Shown here: positions 54,001-64,000 of the stretch, piece after piece
Numbering within the stretch: the stretch's first letter is position 1
Layout: every line of letters starts with the position of its first letter
Source of the DNA: Macrostomum lignano
Lineage: Eukaryota
Assembly (NCBI GenBank): GCA_002269645.1
Contig: NIVC01001103.1
Coordinates: 186,001-250,000 of the forward strand
Reading direction: 5' to 3'
DNA: 64,000 bases
The notes under the pieces: generated by a model
The model's database searches: none
What the model was told of the DNA's origin: nothing
The model's input: the letters and a program-made list of their open reading frames with translations, nothing else
Made by a program: the position numbers and the translations under genes

Positions 54001-55333
54001 AAGCATCCCATCCTGAATCCCAAGCATCCCATCCTGAATCCTAAGCATCCCATCCTGAATCCTAAGCATCCCATCCTGAATCCCAAGCATCCCATCCTGA
54101 ATCCCAAGCATCCCATCCTGAATCCCAAGCATCCCATCCTGAATCCCAAGCATCCCATCCTGAATCCCAAGCATCCCATCCTGAATCCCAAGCATCCCAT
54201 CCTGAATCCCAAGCATCCCATCCTGAATCCCAAGCATCCCATCCTGAATCCCAAGCATCCCATCCTGAATCCCAAGCATCCCATCCTGAATCCCAAGCAT
54301 CCCATCCTGAATCCCAAGCATCCCATCCTGAATCCTAAGCATCCCATCCTGAATCCCAAGCATCCCATCCTGAATCCCAAGCATCCCATCCTGAATCCCA
54401 AGCATCCCATCCTGAATCCTAAGCATCCCATCCTGAATCCCAAGCATCCCATCCTAAATCCCAAGCTGGGATTCCCAAAATTTCCCAACATTCCCAACAT
54501 TCCCAACATTCCCAACATTCCCAACATTCCCAACATTCATTCCCAACATTCCCAACATTCCCAACATTCCCAACATCCCAACATTCCCAACACTCCCAAC
54601 ATCCCAATATCCCATCTAAATCCCATTTTCATCCCATCTCAAATCCCCATTGCATCCCATCTCAAATCCTTTTTGCATCCCATCTCAATCCCATTTGCAT
54701 CCCATCTCAAATCCCATTTGCATCCCATCTCAAATCCCATTTGCATCCCATCTCAAATCCCATTTGCATCCCATCTCAAATCCCCATTGCATCCCATCTC
54801 AAATCCCCATTGCATACCATCTCAAATCCCCATTGCATCCCATCTCAAATCCCCATTGCATCCCATCTCAAATCCCCATTGCATACCATCTCAAATCCCC
54901 ATTGCATACCATCTCAAATCCCATTTTCATCCCATCTCAAATCCCCATTGCATCCCATCTCAAATCCATTTGCGTCCCATCTCAAATCCCATTTGCATCC
55001 CATCTCAAATCCCATTTGCATCCCATCTCAAATCCCATTTGCATCCCATCTCAAATCTCTATTGCATCCCATCTCAAATCCCTATTGCATCCCATCTCAA
55101 ATCCCCATTGCATCCCATCTCAAATCCCATTTGCATCCCATTCCTCAACCGGCTGTCTGCAGGCGCTGGTGCTGCCGCAAGCCCTGGCAGTGCCAGTGGG
55201 CGGCATCATACTGGACTTATTCGAGCGAGTGAACTGCAAGATCGGCCTTGGCTACATCATACTGTTCTCAGTGACGGCTGTCTATTTCGTTCTAAGCGGC
55301 TTATTTGTGATGCGAATCCAGCGAGCCAAGTGA
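48003..55333 (+). CDS. Major facilitator superfamily transporter, 12 exons, ~513 aa
   Basis: Exons 48003-48174, 49118-49304, 50635-50679, 51144-51343, 51449-51550, 51667-51743, 52155-52269, 52348-52389, 52488-52554, 52630-52737, 53363-53618, 55163-55333 (1542 nt, phases consistent; exon 3/4 boundary ambiguous). MFS motif A twice (GMQSDRLVSKFGRRRP, GLLSDKIGRRKP); hydrophobic helices. Confidence 0.9.
48305..49000. repeat. 16-bp tandem repeat (TCAGGTGAGATTAGAT), ~40 copies
   Basis: MFS intron 1. Confidence 0.96.
49345..50163. repeat. 16-bp tandem repeat (GTGTCTATGGAGTGCR), ~50 copies
   Basis: MFS intron 2. Confidence 0.97.
50968..51160. repeat. 28-29-bp tandem repeat (CCCAGCTCAAACCCCAWCCCGAAWCCAG), ~7 copies
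   Basis: End of MFS intron 3, overlapping the exon 4 acceptor. Confidence 0.9.
51820..52125. repeat. 37-bp tandem repeat (GAGCACAGTGAGCAGCACAGTCAGCTGACTCACTATT), ~8 copies
   Basis: MFS intron 6. Confidence 0.96.
52805..53335. repeat. 26-28-bp tandem repeat (CAGCCAATCAGCTCAGAGTTCAGTGTCC), ~19 copies
   Basis: MFS intron 10. Confidence 0.96.
53780..55140. repeat. Compound array: 21-bp (ATCCCATCCTGAATCCCAAGC), 9-bp (TTCCCAACA) and 22-bp (TTGCATCCCATCTCAAATCCCM) blocks
   Basis: MFS intron 11. Confidence 0.96.
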
Positions 55334-55854
55334 CAGGGGGAGATCGGTGACCCGTCATCAGTGATTGCTGTCCATGTTTTTATCTCAACACAGATTGTCC
55401 CTCAATGCAGTGCTGCCTGCGCCCTCGCTTGCTTATTTGCTCTAGAACAATAAATGTCACTCGGTAAATGTACTTTAAACCAATCCGCTCCACCGTTTTG
55501 CTTAGAAGTTGCTTCAATGGCATCAGTAGTATGTAGCGACTCTGACTGACTATTTTGTCTTTTATTTTTTTAGTTTTGCCATCCATCAATTGGCAAATAT
55601 TATACTCTGGAGAGGTCGGAATGCATCTACCAAGCTTTCAACTGATGCGCTGTCTGCACTACTTACTTGTCGGATATCTTTCGCTTATTGTCATTGTTCC
55701 TGCTGTTCTTGTAGCTGCTTCTGTTTTTGCTTTTAGTTTCCTGTAATACGTAGCTGGCAGATTTTGTATTGCACTAGTATATGCACAAATATATCTTTAT
55801 GATGTAGTGCTGTTGTGCAGTTGGCTGGCTGTTAAATTGCAGATATTTTTATGG

Positions 55855-56690
55855 CGGCCTCAGATGTAACAGATTGGCGCCTGTCTAACAGCTGATAGCC
55901 TCAGGTGTAACAGATTGGCGACTGTCTAACAGCTGACGGCCTCAGATGTAACAGATTGGCGCCTGTCTAACAGCTGATAGCCTCAGGTGTAACAGATTGG
56001 CGCCTGTCTAACAGCTGACAGCCTCAGATGTAACAGATTGGCGCCTGTCTAACAGCTGATAGCCTCAGGTGTAACAGATTGGCGCCTGTCTAACAGCTGA
56101 CAGCCTCAGATGTAACAGATTGGCGACTGTCTAACAGCTGATAGCCTCAGATGTAACAGATTGGCGACTGTCTAACAGCTGACAGCCTCAGATGTAACAG
56201 ATTGGCGACTGTCTAACAGCTGATGGCCTCAGATGTAACAGATTGGCGACTGTCTAACAGCTGATGGCCTCAGATGTAACAGATTGGCGCCTGTCTAACA
56301 GCTGATGGCCTCAGATGTAACAGATTGGCGCCTGTCTAACAGCTGACAGCCTCAGATGTAACAGATTGGCGCCTGTCTAACAGCTGATAGCCTCAGGTGT
56401 AACAGATTGGCGACTGTCTAACAGCTGATAGCCTCAGATGTAACAGATTGGCGCCTGTCTAACAGCTGATGGCCTCAGATGTAACAGATTGGCGACTGTC
56501 TAACAGCTGACAGCCTCAGATGTAACAGATTGGCGCCTGTCTAACAGCTGACAGCCTCAGATGTAACAGATTGGCGCCTGTCTAACAGCTGATAGCCTCA
56601 GATGTAACAGATTGGCGACTGTCTAACAGCTGATAGCCTCAGATGTAACAGATTGGCGCCTGTCTAACAGCTGACGGCCTCTTTGTAACA
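55855..56690. repeat. 41-bp tandem repeat (CCTCAGATGTAACAGATTGGCGCCTGTCTAACAGCTGATAG), ~20 copies
   Basis: Period 41 (55861/55902); intergenic. Confidence 0.97.
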
Positions 56691-57861
56691 GGTGAGCTAG
56701 TAAAAAGTAAAAAGTAGCCAATATCTGATAGATAACGGCCCATAGTGCCACCAAAAGCCAGCTGACTGCCACATCTTTTTAATCCCCAACTTTTGTTTTC
56801 CATTCACAATCGTTTGTCTCCTGACTTTTCGTCCCAGGTTACGCATGCAAGCCTCCGCCGATGTTTGCTTGTTGAGAAGTTTTTCATTTCAAAAAGTAAA
56901 AAATGAACTCATTGTGGCACGCAATTTTCGAGCTACTTTTGAGATGCTCTTGCTGCTGGCTCCGCTCATAGCTCTAGTCATAGCTGCACTTTTTGTTTTA
57001 ATTTGACGACCTTATTAGCTTAATAAACTGGTTTTATCGTTTCCCTTGTTTCAGGGATCAATACCTGCTCACCCTATCAAATTTAAGCTATTTACACTTT
57101 CGCACTTTATACTGGCGCAAGGCCTTCGGCGACATTGTCTCACAGCCAGCGCTGAGTCAATTCTGCCCATTCCGCTGAGCACATGCAAGCGCCAATGCTG
57201 TACGCAGGTGTTGTGAAACTACAACTTAACTTAGATATGAATTGCAATATATTTTATGAGTTAACGATGAAAAGGATTGGGGCAAGAAACTTAACTGCGA
57301 GAAAGAACTGTAAAAGGAAATTAGTTTATGGTAAATTATGACAAACTGAGTTGCAAAAAAAGAGTACAACAAAACACCCATACAGGCACGCACTCATGCA
57401 CACGCTCACACAGGGTGTACAGCGGCACTGACTTTTGCTAGTGTATGTTTTACCATTTTGGCAAAAAAGTCAGCGTCTTCAAAATGATTTTCCAGATCAA
57501 AAAACTTTCGGGAAGATGTCTGATTTTTACTTTCGCTCCGAATCTTCAACGCTGCTTGTGGGCATTAAAGTCAAAGGCGCGTGACGAGCAGACTAATTAG
57601 ATTGACTTGGGTGCAGAGCAGTGCGCAGGTGACTTGTCATCAGGATCTAAATTTCTTTGATCATGCGTCGAGGAAGACTGACTCTTTGTCTTTGTCTATT
57701 CGAGTAAATGTCTACCCAGCCTTGATGAGACTTTTGATTTTAATTAGAGAGCAGATGACTCTGGAAGGCCGCTATCTGATACTTAATCAGTGTGATCGGT
57801 AAACATGAAAAGTTTGCGACCTGGGCCTATGAAAATTGATTTTTTACAGCATTCTTTCGAT

Positions 57862-58215
57862 GTTATGACTAGTATCATGCCGACTATGACCAGTATCATG
57901 CCGACTATGACCAGTATCATGCCGACTATGACCAGTATCATGCCGACTATGACCAGTATCATGCCGACTATGACCAGTATCATGCCGACTATGACCAGTG
58001 TCATGCTGACTATGACCAGTATCATGCCGACTATGACCAGTATCATGCCGACTATGACCAGTATCATGCCGACTATGACCAGTATCATGCCGACTATGAC
58101 CAGTATCATGCCGACTATGACCAGTATCATGCTGACTATGACCAGTATCATGCTGACTATGACCAGTATTATGCCGACTATGACTAGTATCATGCCGACT
58201 ATGACTAGGGTCATG
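57862..58215. repeat. 21-bp tandem repeat (TATGACCAGTATCATGCCGAC), ~16 copies
   Basis: Read directly. Confidence 0.96.
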
Positions 58216-58509
58216 TGGTGAGCATGAGCATGGTCAAAAATTAATCATGGCCAGCCACGCAGAAAAAGCTGCAGTGCACAGATTGAAAATGCAAGCTATT
58301 CATAGAATCATATAACAGACATCATATGGGTCATAAAGTTGGCATGACTAGGCTCATTGATCTAGCGCAAATACGATCATGAGTTTGGAATTACTAGGTT
58401 AATAAATCTAAAATTACCAAGAATAAAAAATTAAGAATGACTAGGCCCATTTATCTCGACTGGCCAAGGTCGACATGGATTTTCTATATTTAAATCTTTC
58501 GAATAACAT

Positions 58510-58855
58510 GAACAGAGTCATAGATCTAGCATGAGCAGAGTCATAGATCTAGCATGAGCAGAGTCATAGATCTAGCATGAGCAGAGTCATTGATCTAGCA
58601 TGAGCAGAGTCATAGATCTAGCATGAGCAAAGTCATAGATCTAGCATGAGCAGAGTCATAGATCTAGCATGAACAGTCATAGATCTAGCATGAGCAGAGT
58701 CATAGATCTAGCATGAGCAGAGTCATAGATCTAGCATGAGCAGAGTCATAGATCTAGCATGAGCAGAGTCATAGATCTAGCATGAGCAGAGTCATAGATC
58801 TACGAGTGCATGAGCAGAGTCATAGATCTAGCATGAGCAGAGTCATAGATCTTGA
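58510..58855. repeat. 23-bp tandem repeat (AGAGTCATAGATCTAGCATGAGC), ~15 copies
   Basis: Read directly. Confidence 0.95.
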
Positions 58856-59218
58856 CCAAGGGTTATAAAATCAAATTGATCAGGGTTATGTAGCTAGCAT
58901 GACCAGGGTCATATACGTAGCATGATAAACTCATATATTTAGAATGACTAAGCTCATAGATCTAGTATGACCAGTATGACCAATGACCACAGTCATAGAT
59001 ATACAATGACCAACTATCAGTATCAAAGATACATGTGGATTAAAGAAGCAACTAAATAACCGGCACTACAACATCCAATCATGAGCGAAGAGCACTGAGG
59101 TGGCCACAGTTTTATTAATAAATATCTCGTACACTTCCCTGATCCCACACAGAGTCCCTCTTGCTTCCCATTGAAATCGAACTCAACATAGAAGAATTCA
59201 GAACAAATACAAAAACGC

Positions 59219-62925
<3,707 letters not shown>

Positions 62926-62934
62926 GTGAGCTGG

Positions 62935-63217
62935 TCCACTGCCGCCTCCTGACACCCACTGCCGCCTCCTGACACCCACTGCCGCCTCCTGACACCCACT
63001 GCCGCCTCCTGACACCCACTGCCGCTCCTGACACCCACTGCCGCGTCCTGACACCCACTGCCGCCTCCTGACACCCACTGCCGCCTCCTGACACCCACTG
63101 CCGCCTCCTGACACCCACTGCCGCGTCCTGACACCCACTGCCGCATCCTGACACCCACTGCCGCGTCCTGACACCCACTGCCGCGTCCTGACATCCACTG
63201 CCGCCTCCTGACACCCA
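62935..63217. repeat. 20-bp tandem repeat (CCTGACACCCACTGCCGCCT), ~14 copies
   Basis: GPCR intron 3. Confidence 0.95.
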
Positions 63218-63352
63218 GGCTTTCACTAACGCCCATGACATCTCCTAATTTCTTCTGAACTCCATACCTTGTCCTTACACTCATAGCTTGTCCTGACTTG
63301 TAAATCTCTCCTGATGCCACCTCACAACTTCTTCACTCGTGGCTTTTTTGGA

Positions 63353-64000
63353 AACCCCAGACCCCAGACCCCAAACCCCAGACCTCAGACCCCAGACCTC
63401 AGACCCCAGACCCCAGACCCCAAACCCCAGCCCTCAGACCCCAGACCCCAGACCCCAAACCCCAGACCCAAAACCCCAGCCCTCAGACCCCAGACCCCAA
63501 AGCACAGACCCCAGACCCCAGACCCCAGACCCCAAACCCCAGCCCTCAGACCCCAGACCCCAAAGCACAGACCCCAGACCCCAGACCCCAGACCCCAAAC
63601 CCCAGCCCTCAGACCCCAGACCCCAAAGCACAGACCCCAGACCCCAGACCCCAGACCCCAAACCCCAGACCTCAGACCCCAGACCTCAGACCCCAAACCC
63701 CAGACCTCAGACCCCAGACCCCTGACCCCTGACCCCAGACCCCAGACCCCAGACCCCAGACTTCAGACCCCAGACCCCAGACCCCAGACCCCAGACCCCA
63801 GACCCCAGACCCCAGACCCCAGACCCCTGACCCCAGACCCCAGACCCCAGACCCCAGACTTCAGACCCCAGACCCCAGACCCCAGACCCCAGACCCAGAC
63901 CCCAGACCCCAGACCCCAGACTCCAAACCCCAGACCTCAGACCCCAAACCCCAAAGCACAGACCCCAGACCCAGACCCCAGACCCCAGACCCCTGACCCC
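63353..64000. repeat. 7-bp tandem repeat (AGACCCC) with a ~63-bp higher-order block, truncated by window end
   Basis: Read directly. Confidence 0.96.

Overview
Eukaryotic (animal) genomic DNA with GC-rich exons and introns filled by simple or tandem repeats. The style resembles the free-living flatworm Macrostomum, but this is an inference and is not confirmed. Genes were assembled by hand from GT/GC-AG splice sites with reading-frame (phase) checks: the 3' part of a TIAM1/still-life-like Rac GEF (+, 611-5185), a C2H2/C2HC zinc-finger gene (-, 6151-7788), a complete 6-exon KDM5/Lid H3K4 demethylase (-, 9459-16452), an intronless TFG (+, 34763-35827), a 12-exon MFS transporter (+, 48003-55333) and the 5' part of a class C GPCR / Venus-flytrap receptor (+, from 59219). 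An unidentified, possibly disrupted multi-exon gene lies at about 42.4-48.0 kb. Between the divergent KDM5 and TFG genes is an ~18-kb AT-rich block of decayed DNA transposons: a Tol2-like hAT, a mariner, palindromic MITEs and nested foldback elements. There are two tRNA-derived SINEs, a THAP remnant and about 25 distinct tandem arrays. Most long ORFs in the supplied track are repeat artefacts. No CRISPR array, rRNA or convincing tRNA is present. Family assignments rest on motif recall, not database searches.
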